Shown here in pieces: positions 36,433-47,849 of a stretch of 64,000 nt of DNA. Positions within the stretch are counted from its first letter, which is position 1; every line of letters starts with the position of its first letter. The translations under genes were made by a program, and so were the position numbers. The notes beneath the pieces were generated by a model, which was not told the origin of the DNA, made no database searches, and was given only the letters and a program-made list of their open reading frames with translations. The stretch is from Bilabrum cf. latius (lineage: Eukaryota). The DNA lies in contig OZ237753.1 of NCBI GenBank assembly GCA_965178125.1, positions 1 to 64,000 on the forward strand, given 5' to 3'.

Positions 36433-38318
36433 TCAGTCCTCTTCGGCAGGGTTGGACGCGCCACTGCCCGCGGCCGCCCCACCCGTGGCTGCCCCACCTG
36501 GTGCAGGCAAGGCTGCTTTTCCTATTTTGCTGGCGACCTACGCCTGCACGATTGCGTCGTACGCTGCTTCTGCCGCCGCCATCTCCGAGATGCCCAGCTC
36601 CTCCCTGGCCCGAGCCATGGCCTCGTCCGTGAGAGGCGCATCCTGCTCTTCCTTGGCCTCCTCCTCTGTCAGCCCGTCCTCCTCCATCATGATCTCACGG
36701 GCGCGAGCCTGAATCTGATTGAAGGTCTCCTGGGCCGCCCGAGTGGCAGCCGTGACGCCCGGGGCATCCAGCTCGGCCTGCGAGCACAGCTCGAACCAGC
36801 GCTCCGGCAGGTCGTGCACCTTGATGTATCCGTCCTCTGCTGCCGAGTAAAACCGCTTGCCATCTGGATGGAACTGCAGGCAGTTCACCGGTCCGAAGTG
36901 CGCCCTGGGGTATCGGCCCACCTTGGCGACCTCCTTGCCGCTGACAATGTCGTACACGCGCACCTCGTTCTTGGGCTCTCCGCCAAGCTGCGACTGCATC
37001 TTGGACTCCCTGCCTCCGGCACAGATGAACAGAGTGCTATCAGGGACAAATGCAGCCGTATGGATGAAAGGGGCATCCGTGGGGAAGCTCTTGATCAGAG
37101 ACAGAGCCGGCGGGGCGTCGATCTGCGACTGCCACTCCTCGAACTCGGGGTCCTCCGCGTCATCAGCGACTGGCTCGATACGGGTGGGGTCTGGTTGCAT
37201 TTCCCACAAGATCACTTCGGCCTCCCGTGGCTCGGAGCCCCTGGGGCCCAGTGTCCCTGCCCCGAATGTGATGGCGAGGGACTGCGAGGCGTTGAATGCC
37301 ACACCCCGGACCGAGGTAGGATGCGCGAACAAGGGGTCCTCCACCTCCGGAGGAGCTGCTCCCCTGGGCCATCGTGTCTTCTCGATCTCCCCAGTGGCAG
37401 AGTTCCATAGCCGGATGGAGCCGTCGTCGTAGCATACGAGCAGGAACCTGCCGCCTCGCGTCCATCGCACCTGGTTGGCCTTCACGTCGGGATGCCCCTC
37501 CACCTGCAGGCGAAGCAAAGCCTCCTGGTGGGTTGCTGTCTTGGATGCTGCATCGTGCGGGGCGTCGTCAGGCAGTGCGGCGAGCGCTTTCTCGGCGGCC
37601 GCAGTGTCGAAGGGAATCACGCACACGTGCGCAGGCCGCTCCATGAAGTCGTCAACCGCAACGGCAAAGCACTGCTGCTCCGACGAGGGGTTCAGGGGGG
37701 CCCACTCGACAAATCTAGCCACGCCGTGCAGCTATCTCGACAGCACCATTCGGCCAGTGCTGGCCTCCCAGATCTTGATCGATTCATCCGCACCAGCAGT
37801 AACCAGCCACTTGCTATCTGGGGTAATGTCGCAGGCCCACACTGTGCCACCGCGATGGCCGTCATATGTACCTATTCGTTCATTGAGCTCCAAGTTAGTG
37901 ACAGACGGCATGGGGATATCTTCTTTTCGTGCGCACGAGAACAGCAAGTCCCCTTCTCTGTTCAACTTGATAAATGTGATTTCTCCCTCATGAAAATCGA
38001 AACCAACAGTAGACTGCGACGGATTACGAGGTGACATACAAATGGAAAAGCTTTCAAGTCAGGGCATACGTATCTGTCCTAGCACCATTTCATGCACGCA
38101 GAACTGAGTGGCGGGGCACATCGAACCCAGGGCATCATCTGCAAGTGGTGCGCAGTGCTACTGGGTGACGGGCCCCGAAAGCTTTGTACAAGTACATATC
38201 AAGCAACACACAGCCTCACAAGCTTGGTACCTTTCGGAACTCCAGCCGGGACGGCAGCGCCGTTCTTCACAATCTTTGGGGGTGCATTTTCTGCAGAATC
38301 TCCTGCTGCCCCTGCCAT
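36433..38318 (-). CDS. EIF3I: Translation initiation factor eIF3 subunit i (WD40), divergent with insertions
   Basis: HEGEITFIKLNREGDLLFSCARK, ERIGTYDGHRGGTVW, HFGPVNCLQFHPDGKRFYSAAEDGYIKVH. TAGs at 37732 and 36538. Probable exon 1 38318-38220 with intron 38219-38014; alternative start at 38037. Ends TGA. Confidence 0.85.
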
Positions 38319-38599
38319 ACCGCGCTAAATATTGTCGAACTTAAGCTAGCAGAAATGTATCAAGGGTTTGAACAAGGGTTATGGCCCTTGGGAGCTTCCA
38401 GTGAGGCAATGTCAACAAAAACCAAATCGGCGCTAAGTTGCGAATAATTATGAGCCCTATCTGATATTTGCTGGACTGTCGGCCGGCAAGCGTCCGTATC
38501 TTCCAAGAGCAATGAGCTGGCGCGGCTATTTGTCTAGGAATGTGCGAAGGGTTGTGTTCCTTGTCGATCAGAAGCAGTGGTCGAAAGGAGGCAATTGCT

Positions 38600-39068
38600 A
38601 TGGCGTGCGGTAAGACTTTGCTCAAGCCTGGCCCTAAGATTATGCTCGATGTATCGCTTGTGGCCGAAGCAGTATTAACTTTTGGCGGAAATCAGTTACG
38701 TCCTCCCGTAAAATATCGCAGGGAGTGGTTTGGGAAGAATTTCAAGACGCTAGACTCCATGAACCCTCATGCCAACATCTACTTGAGGAGCTTGGATCGC
38801 GTTAGACCTACTCTGACTGTAGCTTATGGTGAGGGCAATACATGTATACTTCTTGGAGATGGTTCGCACCTGGCACTTATCTTGCTGTGCAATGAACTCC
38901 TCTTGCCCCGCAGATGGAGAGGTTGAGAAGCATCACGATGTTGCTCACCTCAAGCCGGATGAAATTGATGAAGTCTTGCGGAAAGCTGTCGAGGATGGCG
39001 AATCAATGCCTAGGATGAAGTACCCAAGTTTGGCACCCTTCCGAATGCACAAAATACCAATCGTGTGA
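38600..39068 (+). CDS. L51/S25/CI-B8 thioredoxin-fold mitochondrial protein (NDUFA2/mL43/mS25-like)
   Basis: REWFGKNFKTLDSMNPHANIYLR...PTLTVAYDGEVEK..V..LKPDEIDEVL; intron 38829-38913. Ends TGA. Confidence 0.65.
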
Positions 39069-39338
39069 TTATGATACCTTGGTGGTATGTGCGCTGGTTG
39101 TGGCTGTAATGTCCCAAAGCATCCATATTCTTTTATTACAGTTCACTTTTGCCCGTACTGTTCAACTCCAATCTTTCCTTATTCAAGACTCCATTGGACA
39201 CGCGCACAGTGATGGAAAGCCATCGAGCCTCGGCCTAGGCATCTACCCCTGTCTGTGTGCCTGCGCCCCACGATCCTTTGAACCCCGTGGCTTTCGTCGT
39301 ACCCTGTCGAACTTGCAGTAACTTGCGTAGATGAAGCG

Positions 39339-39975
39339 TTATGTGGAAAAGCTCTCGCCGCAGCCACACACGTCCTTTGCATTTGGGTTCTCAAACACGA
39401 ACTGCGCGGCGAGTGCATCCTCTCGCCAGTCTACCTGGGTGCCCACCACTGTCAGTAAAGCTCGGGGGTCAACTACGATCCGTACACCATCCCCAGCGTC
39501 CACAACTTCATCGAATCTTCCCGGGTCCTCGTCCTGATAATTCATTGTGTACGACTAACCGTTGCATCCACCTGCAGGATAGATTCACGCAACGAACAAG
39601 GACAGACACATCTTTGCGCTTAGAAATGTTACCAGGCCACCAAACCGTATTCCAAATATCTACCCTCACGTGTTTTGAGCCCAAGGCGGATGGCATGCGC
39701 ATCCGGGTTCTTGGCCAGAAGGTCTTGCAATCGTTTCTTCGCGAGTTCAGTCTGCTTGTAGCAACGGTGAAGCTTCAGCAATGATGGCATAAATTATACC
39801 CAGATGTGCTTAGCATAGTGCCTTTCTGCAGCAGCTTGCAGGCTTGTCGAATCGACAGCGATCACGTGCAACTCACAACTGTAAGGACTTGTTTCGATGG
39901 TTTCAACTTGCGAGAGCGCTCCGATCGCAATACTTTTCCTATTGAACGTGCAAACGCTGCCACAGATCGACGCAT
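39339..39975 (-). CDS. ISCA1: Iron-sulfur cluster assembly protein IscA1, mitochondrial
   Basis: Three exons: MRRSVAAFAR...QVLTV | TELAKKRLQDLL...IRLGLKT | RGCNG[TAG]SYTMNY...FVFENPNAKDVCGCGESFST-TAA. Confidence 0.9.
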
Positions 39976-40155
39976 CACCTTTCAGGCTGCCTCGAAATAA
40001 GCAGAACACGAGCCTGACTAAATTGCTTGTGAAGGGCCTGTTAGCCACAAACAGCACACAGGAAGGAAGCTTCCTATAATAATATTAAAGTTGAGGCACT
40101 ATATGTTGGAGGCAATCCTTGGCTTTACAGCTATTTTCCACCAAGCACAAGCAAA

Positions 40156-41449
40156 ATGCGACTTTCCACGTCGGTCCTTCGGCTTTGCTGCAATGCGCTG
40201 CATCTCACTCGGGTTTTTTCGGTTTTTTGTTTGTGCAGGGACTTACGACGAATAAGTTGCACTGGTGGATAGAACTTGGACAAATACATCACAATCTACT
40301 CAAGGGTTGCATCTTTTCGGCAACACATCAATGAACAGATCGATATTTGGATACCGCGGGCTGCGAACAGTCCATGGTGCAGCACTTCTCCGAGGGGCTG
40401 CAGGTAGAAATTGCGGGGTTCCCTCTCTGCCACGAAGGTAGCTGCTTTCAACGATAATAGAAAGCCGTGTAGGGCCCATAGAATGGCGCGGGAGTCTGCA
40501 CGGGCGTTACAGACGCAGTGCCCTGCGGAATACGTGGCACATGCTGCATGCGATTCGGCGCTTGTCAAGTTCTGGCGATCCCTCAAACAACAACAAAAGA
40601 TCATCACATGGCGTTTCAGGGCAAGTATCCTGGCTGAGGAATCCTTTCACCGCAATGATTCGATGGTTCAAAGAGAACTAGCAAAGGCTGACGCTGATTC
40701 TCCGGCAGTATGGACCGTTTGCCATCACGACGTGGTTAACGTTGTACTTTTCTTTCTTATTTTCAATCTGGGGTATGGTGCACGCTGGTTTTTTGCAGGG
40801 ACCAGACGTGAACCAGTGGCTCTCGCACCTACCTGAGTGGCTGCGGGGGGCTCTTCCACACGACCAGAGCGGGGAGAAAGTAGCGCTCCCGCCAGCTGTG
40901 TCAGAGTTCCTCACCGCATGGCTACTCACCAAGACCACGGAGCCGCCACGCCTCGCTCTGGCGGTCGTTGCAATCCCGGCGGCGGCCCGTGTGCTTCCTC
41001 CATGGGCCCGCTCCCTCTTTGGGATGCCGGCAGCTGGAGTGGCTGGGCAGCAGGGGGAGCAGGAGGTGCACAGCGAAGGAAGCAAGAAGCACAAGGGGCA
41101 GGTGAATTCCAAAGACCCGGGCCTGGATCAGAAACGGACGACTGGCGGAGGCGAGATGTCCCAGGGTAGTGCAGGCAAAAGTGGTGGAACTCAGGCAGGC
41201 TGCACCAGCCACAGCACGAGCCACGGGGGTAAAGTAGGCGTTGCAGGGCAGTCGAAGTCTGGTGCGCACTCTGGACGTGGTCGTCAAAGTGCCAGGCAGA
41301 TTCACATTGCGGCGACGAGGCCGCAAGCGCGATCCGTGGCAAGGTCGTCTGCATTGCTGGCGATGCGGGCCGCACCTTTGGTCGTAGGTTCCCTAACCAT
41401 GGTGTACACATCGAGGCAGATGCTGATTTAGGCTGGACGCGTGAATTGA
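40156..41449 (+). CDS. FAM210/DUF1279-like mitochondrial membrane protein (start uncertain)
   Basis: YGPFAITTWLTLYF...SEFLTAWLLTKTTEPPRLAL resembles DUF1279. Needs a phase-0 GC-AG intron at 40621-40708. Ends TGA after TAG 41429. Confidence 0.6.
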
Positions 41450-42128
41450 ATAGATGTGGTATTTCGTGCCTCCTGCACTGTTGTTACAACCCACCCGGGC
41501 CTCCAAATTCTGGCTTCACATTCGAATTACCGCGCAAGCATGTATGTATTTGGAAGATGCTACAAACAATGGGCACCGACCGCATTCTTCTATCTAACGC
41601 TGCACTACTAGTTTTGCGATAAGCTGCTGCCTATCACACCGGCAGCCTCGCACAGCCTCGCGCAGCCTCGCACGCGCCTGCACCGAGAAGTCCCTCAGCT
41701 CCCTGAACTTAGTCGCGGACACGCGGCAGGGAGGTATTGCTCTCTCATCTTTCCGTCCTTTGCCCTCCCCCTCGTCTTCTTGCGCCCCACTGGCACTGAG
41801 CAAATGCCTGGCCATTGCACGCCGGTCGGCCGGCGAGCACCCCTCTTCATGCGCAGCCGTGGCGCTCGCATCGGCCGGGTCAAGGCCGCAGAGCGTCCTG
41901 GTCAGCAGGGTGCTTTAAGCCGGGCTTGAGCGTGGGAGGACGCCTCAGCACGGCCGATAGAGTCGCACGGACGCAGCTCCGCTCGAATCCTGCCACTGGC
42001 ATGAGGCATCTGACGGTTCCGGGTTCAACTGGGCGTATTGAATTGCTTGTTTTGCTCGGCTCAGAGCCTATCAAACAACCAACTTGTCGTTCTGCAAATT
42101 TCTATTGTTCCCACTTCGTCAAAGCACG

Positions 42129-43313
42129 ATGAGTTCGGCTGGGGCCCGTTCGGCTGCAGCCATTGCAAGCTTCCTGAAACACGATCTTGTCAAGGAAGTC
42201 CCCATTACTGACAGATTGCAGTTCTTGCTGCGACAAAAGCATAGCATCATTGACATAATTAATGGGGCGGAGATGGCAGGACTAGGTAGGGTCGAGGAGA
42301 AGCTTGCTGATCTTGCTGTATCACCAGCAAGTTCACCGGGAAAACCAGGACAATCGTGGCTCAACAGTAGCTTGTTTGTAGGTTTAGCATTAGGCTTAGC
42401 TGGCTCCGTGGTGTACCACACCTAGGAAGAGCACGCAGGAAACGCCCAGCATGCTCCTCGACTTGATGGTGCTGCCCCGGCTGCCGCAAGTACTTCAGTT
42501 GATCTCTAGCATTCGGCCGCTTCAATTGTGTCTGCGATAAAGCGGCAATGGCGCAGCGATTTTTAGTCTTTACAACGTTGTCTGGAACGGTCGAGTGCAG
42601 TCCGTTATGAGTAGGCTGATACCAGGGGCCGCCTTCATTTGCAATATTGCGTCACACAAGTGGATGTAAAGCCAACGGAGGCATCCTTGCAAACTGATGG
42701 AGATCCGACTGAAGATACTGACGAATTAGAATATGCGCAGCAGCAGACATACTCTGAGTTTGACGATGCAGTGGCTGAGGCTCGATCGGTCAATGAAGCA
42801 TCCGTCTGTCGTCGTGCTTTCGAAATGTTCTTGATGGTCGTTAAAAATTTGGACAAAGACATTGTAGAAGTACGGCACACATCGATTAGCTCTCGCAACC
42901 GTGGATTCGCGACTCGAATCGTTCAATTAAAAGGCTACGATACAATCTTTGCGAGCATGGGTTTTGTGGAATCAGACTCAAGATGGTAGTGGTAGTGGCA
43001 CAATGGAGGGAGACTGCCTTATCGGCTACGCCATGCTGTAAGACACTGGAGACGAAACTTGACTGATTTGTGTGCAGTGCCTCAGATCAGTGCAAGCCAG
43101 GATAAAGTGGTATCAGCTGGACCATATCCAGATGAAATTGCCAAGGCAGTCGATTTACGACCATCATTGGCTGAGGTTGCAGCGCAGCATTAGGATCAAG
43201 CTGATGCTAGAAAATTTGCGCATGACATGCTTGCTCCTGACGCGAGCTCTCTTCTTTCTCAATGCATAGAGAATGAGGATTTCTAGAGCGATGCGGATAT
43301 TACTAATACATGA
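42129..43313 (+). CDS. Peroxin Pex14-like N-terminal domain + TM + PUB-like domain
   Basis: AIASFLKHDLVKEVPITDRLQFL (Pex14_N-like), TM LFVGLALGLAGSVVY, PUB-like AFEMFLMVVKNL...ISSRNRGFATRIVQLKGYDTIFASMGF. One frame with 8 TAGs. Ends TGA. Confidence 0.65.
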
Positions 43314-45587
43314 TACAACGCCAAATTATTTCTTTCTGTACCGCATCACATCAAACTATTACACTCAAAATTTCCACAAATACGGCAAACATTGGATGAT
43401 TAAGCCTGATTCAGGCAATTATTGGTTTCTCACTAGTTGACAAACAATTAAACTCTGTATGCCAACAACTCTAAAATGTACACAGTAAATGACAGAAAGT
43501 AATTTGTTACTTTTGTGCTACTCAGAGAAACAATCATAAAGACAGAGAATCGGAACGTTTGTGACAATTTTGATTCCTAAGACGTACGTTTTCGATGCTT
43601 ATGTGCAGCAAGATTTTTCAAGTTTCAGAAAACAAGTAAAAAATGCTATTTTTTTGCGATTTGTGTACCGAATAATACAAAATTCCAGTCATGATACACT
43701 TGGGGCAAAATAACTAGAATATATATTGCATCGAGGATGACAATGATATTTGCTTTGCGCTGTATTCAGTTTTTATTGCCGTACATTTGAAATGTTGGCA
43801 AAGGGAAGTAGTGGTAGCTACAGCAATGAGACCCGCAATGAACACTTATTTTTACCCAGGCGTAGCTAAGCAGTTTCCAGATGATCTTGGAAGGTTTAGT
43901 TATTTCTAATATTAACAACATATTTAAATTGAATGAAACGATATGGCTTCTGTTTTCTGAAAATATCGGCAGCGCTTTGTAAACATGAAATCGGCATGCG
44001 GTTGATATTCAAAATCATTTGTTTAGTATGGCGAGAAGTTCCTTTGATGCTGGTATGTGCGCGGCAACAGTCGCAATGGATCAACTCGCTACGCTAGTTT
44101 CTTGCCGAGACTGTCCCTTGAGGGAGAGAACAGTCGGCCTGTGGAACGTTGCTTCATTTACCCACTCGCTCCTACCTGTTGATAGAATTCGCGGAACCCC
44201 AACTGTTTGTCCGCCACGTCTATCGAGTTGCTATACCTTGTTTGAACTAGACACTTTCTGACAGTTTCAATTATCAGTTTATTCGTAAAAATTACCCACA
44301 AATAAATCATTTGCGCTAACTCAAATCTTGTCGTTGCAGTCTGCCAACACTACTCATCAGTTTGTTTTCAAGGATAGTCAGGGCATCGATTTGAACACTA
44401 AGCAATGCTCAATCCATATCATTCATATCGAGTGGCGTATATGCAAGTAAGTTGATAAGCCGAATCTAATCTGTCGACTGGTCTAGACCATTCAAGATTG
44501 CTTTGCAGGTAAGGGTTAGAAAATGAACTATGATGGAAGGCAACCGCACAGGGTAGCTGTTTGTTCTGCAACATTTAAGTACGCACATGTTCCTAGCTAC
44601 AATGACTGATGGAATCCACTTATTTTAACATAAATTGATTTGACTATGCAGAATGAACTCCTACAGCAGTTTGCTTTCGTATGAACTCGCAGGTTCGGAT
44701 TGGCCAGATTTTTCCGAGTTTATCAATTCAGCTGATTCAAAACAGAGTGCGAGTGAAATTTTCCGAGCTTCAAGAATATAGGATTTGCATAAAATAAATA
44801 CCAGAGCGCATTGAACAAGTAACGAATGGCAAATACTTTGCCCTCAAAATGGGTCTCGCTCTCCTTGACACATACACAACAAAAAATAATAATACCATAC
44901 TGGTTTATTATTAGATTAGGAGAAATATTTGACGAGAGATTGTTCAATACTAATAAGTATGGAAATCCGACAGATTTGGCTGACACAAATTGGCCTGCTG
45001 CAGTAATCAGTTTTTCTGATTTCTACCCCGATAAGACGGGACAAGACGGGACAAGACGCGATTAACACATTTATCTATGATCACTGTAAAGAGAGCAGCT
45101 ACCTATTCCTTTTTTCCAGAAACAGGAAGGAATATGAAGTCAGCCTCCTCTGGTTCGAATACGGTCAGTCCAATATGTCCTTGGAAGCTCTTGGTAAATG
45201 TTTGACTGGGCATTGTCCTTCCCTGAACGCCCCTGTGTATGGCTAGGCGGCTCTCACCCAAGCTTACGGCATGGCAACACATCTTTAGCGATTGTTATTG
45301 CTAATACTGAGCGACAACTTGACCAAGCGGGTTCAAGTTGGGTGCACAAACATGGCCAATGGCCAATGTGGTTGCATTTTTTACATGTTAGTAGACGAAT
45401 TACTGTGTGGGTCCCCCAGTACACCAGTACAGTTGTTAATGAGTGATTCTTGCAGCTTTTTCTTCAACACAACCAGCTGGGTGCACCACACCGCGCCATC
45501 CGGTGCTGGATCCAATTGCGCTACAGTGCGGTGACTCGACGGAACTGCAACAACTCGGCTTTGACTACAGGAGCGGCTCTTTTACCC

Positions 45588-46559
45588 ATGAACAATGTAA
45601 AGAAGATACTATCTGCTAATGATGATGAGCTTAGACTTGGTGAGAGAGTCATCAAGTTGTTTATGCTTCCATCATTTGAGTATTTCGGACACAGCGATTC
45701 TTGTACTGAATTTGTCACCGCCGCAGGCGTCTCCCTGGAAAGCTCTTGGCATTGGTAGTTTCGAAGTAGCTCCTGGATTTATGTTGGTGGTATCGCTAGT
45801 GACCTTTCTGCTGGCGACATGCTTGCTCTGCTATCACAATGGGGGGAGGTGGAGTAGATGTATATGCCCATGGATGAAAAGGAAAAGGCAGCAGGGCACA
45901 GGGGTTTCGCATTTATTAAATATGAGGATTGGAAGTCAGCTGTCCTTGCAGTTGACAATGTGAATGGTGTTGATATGCTAGGCCGGACTCTGCGGGTGGA
46001 CCACAAGCTCAGCCCTCCGACTGAAACGGAAGGCACCGCAGTTTGGAGGCGTAGCGAAGAGATGCATAGATCTCAAGAGACGAGTTCAACTGATAACATG
46101 AGCTCCATTGAAGGCAAAGTGTCGCAAATGGCTGTTCTCGGTCTCCGTGCGCCCGCCACAAGCTGGAAGGCGGCCAGCGCGGCATCTCATGTACCCGGAA
46201 TGAAGCGCCCACGGCCACATGCAAGCGGGTGCAGCGCTGCCGTGCAAGCCAAAACATCTCACGACACCGGCCGCAAGCGAAAGCGAGCAAGCACTGGAAG
46301 GGACAGAGACAGGGACAGGGACAGAGACCGCAGTCGGCATGGGGACAAGCGAAGCAGTGGAAGGGACAGAGACAGCAGTCGGCATGGGGACAAGCGAAGC
46401 AGTGGAAGGGACAGGGACAGGGACAGCAGTCGGCATGGGGACAAGCGAAGCACTGGAAGGGACAGGGACAGGGAGAGCAGTCGGCATGGGGACAAGCGAA
46501 GCAGTGGAAGGGACAGGGACAGAGACAGCAGTCGGCATGGGGACAAGCGAAGCAGTGGA

Positions 46560-46603
<44 letters not shown>

Positions 46604-47021
46604 AGACATCAGTCGGCATGGGGACAAGCGTAGCAGTGGAAGGGACAGGGACAGGGAGAGCAGTCGGCATGGGGACAAGCGAAGCAGTGGAAGGGACAGG
46701 GACAGGGACAGCAGTCGGCATGGTGCTCCTCCAATTTCCGTGTTTCCCTCGGCGCCACCTTCCTCTGTTCCCTCGGCGCCTCCTTCCTCTGAATCGAGCG
46801 AACAGGCCAGGCAGGGTCGCCCGGCAGGTGCTGGTGCAGCTGTGCTTGACGTGCGCGGCGGGGGTGGGCAGGGCGGGCCTGCCATGCTCAAGGCAGAGAT
46901 GAATGCGGCGGACTTGGGCCCTGCGGCAGACTGGAGGGGACGCTTTGGGACCAGCGCCAGGACCAGGGGCAGTGGCAGGGGCGATGGCATGGGCAGTGGC
47001 GGACGAGGCAAGCATAGGTGA
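45588..47021 (+). CDS. RBMX2: RBMX2/Snu17(Ist3) RES-complex RRM protein with RD-rich tail
   Basis: MNNVKKI...[14 protein letters not shown][Q][11 protein letters not shown]...SQWGEV...[31 protein letters not shown]. Intron 45640-45726; TAGs at 45756 and 45855. Confidence 0.88.
46297..46722 (+). repeat. Coding tandem repeat (~54-60-bp unit with variable GACAGG hexamers) encoding [15 protein letters not shown](RD)n
   Basis: About 7 near-identical units inside RBMX2. Confidence 0.9.
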
Positions 47022-47274
47022 TGGGTGTGTGTGTTTGATGGATCGTGCAAGAGTACCGTTCAGCTTATTCCCGTCCCATTCCACCCTGAAGCAGTATGAT
47101 CTAATTGCACCACGTTAAAACGCATGTGCACGTGCGATTCCGCCGATCCGGAGCCCCAACCAGAATGCTGCACACGGTACAGCACACCAAGCCACAGTTT
47201 GTTCGGCAAAGCGAGTGCTCGTGCCACATTCCAAAATTTCGCAACGGACTGCTGTACAGCTTTGCTGTCTAGAA

Positions 47275-47547
47275 ATGGATTCGAAACCCACCGAAGCAGT
47301 TGAGATCTCGCATCGAGCATACGGCAAGGCCGGCACGAGTGGGTCCTGGCTGTATGCTCCCGGCAGAGGCTGGGTATATCGGGGCGCAGACATGTTGAAG
47401 TCTTCAAGAGACGCCAAGACGCCTGTAGCTGGCGGAGAAGTTTCAAAGAAGCATGCGTCTACCGAGGGCGTAGATGTAGTGAACGCAGGCACGACGTACA
47501 AGACACTACCAAGCGAAGCCTTTCCCTTTCGAGACTACAAAGGCTAA
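47275..47547 (+). CDS. Possible small hypothetical protein (90 aa)
   Basis: ATG-to-TAA frame in an intergenic gap; no recognisable domain. Confidence 0.25.
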   Translation: MDSKPTEAVEISHRAYGKAGTSGSWLYAPGRGWVYRGADMLKSSRDAKTPVAGGEVSKKHASTEGVDVVNAGTTYKTLPSEAFPFRDYKG

Positions 47548-47849
47548 ACGTGGACATTAATGACTGTTTCACTTGAACACTTGATCTAGAGAACCGTTGG
47601 GATCACAACAATCGTTGCCCGCAACGGATGGATTTGGGTACGAACCGGGAGGAACCTTCCATTCTGAGTTCAAATCAGCCTCGCCTCGTTGTGCGAGGCT
47701 GGCGTTCACACCGCTGCTTTGTTAGAAATATGGTGAGACTCTGTTTTAAAGTCGTGTATTGCTTCAGTTTGGGCGTGTCTGTCGATTTGTTACAGTAACT
47801 ACGCACACTGGCCAGATGTGTCCCGCAGCCGAAGCGACGACGAGAAGCG

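Noticed and set aside
3206-39975. Ciliate-type code with both UAA and UAG as Gln, or pyrrolysine/Leu at UAG
   Set aside because: TAA sits at the expected C-termini of RPT3, ICT1 and ISCA1 and was never seen in-frame; conserved columns and QG repeats point to Gln.
41500-42080. Short minus-strand ORFs (e.g. 41594-41815)
   Set aside because: GC-rich and possibly coding, but no consistent start, exon structure or homology could be supported.
45152-45162. B-box-like GGTTCGAATAC as a possible suppressor tRNA
   Set aside because: No cloverleaf, acceptor stem or CTA anticodon arm could be built; no tRNA gene is evident in the window.
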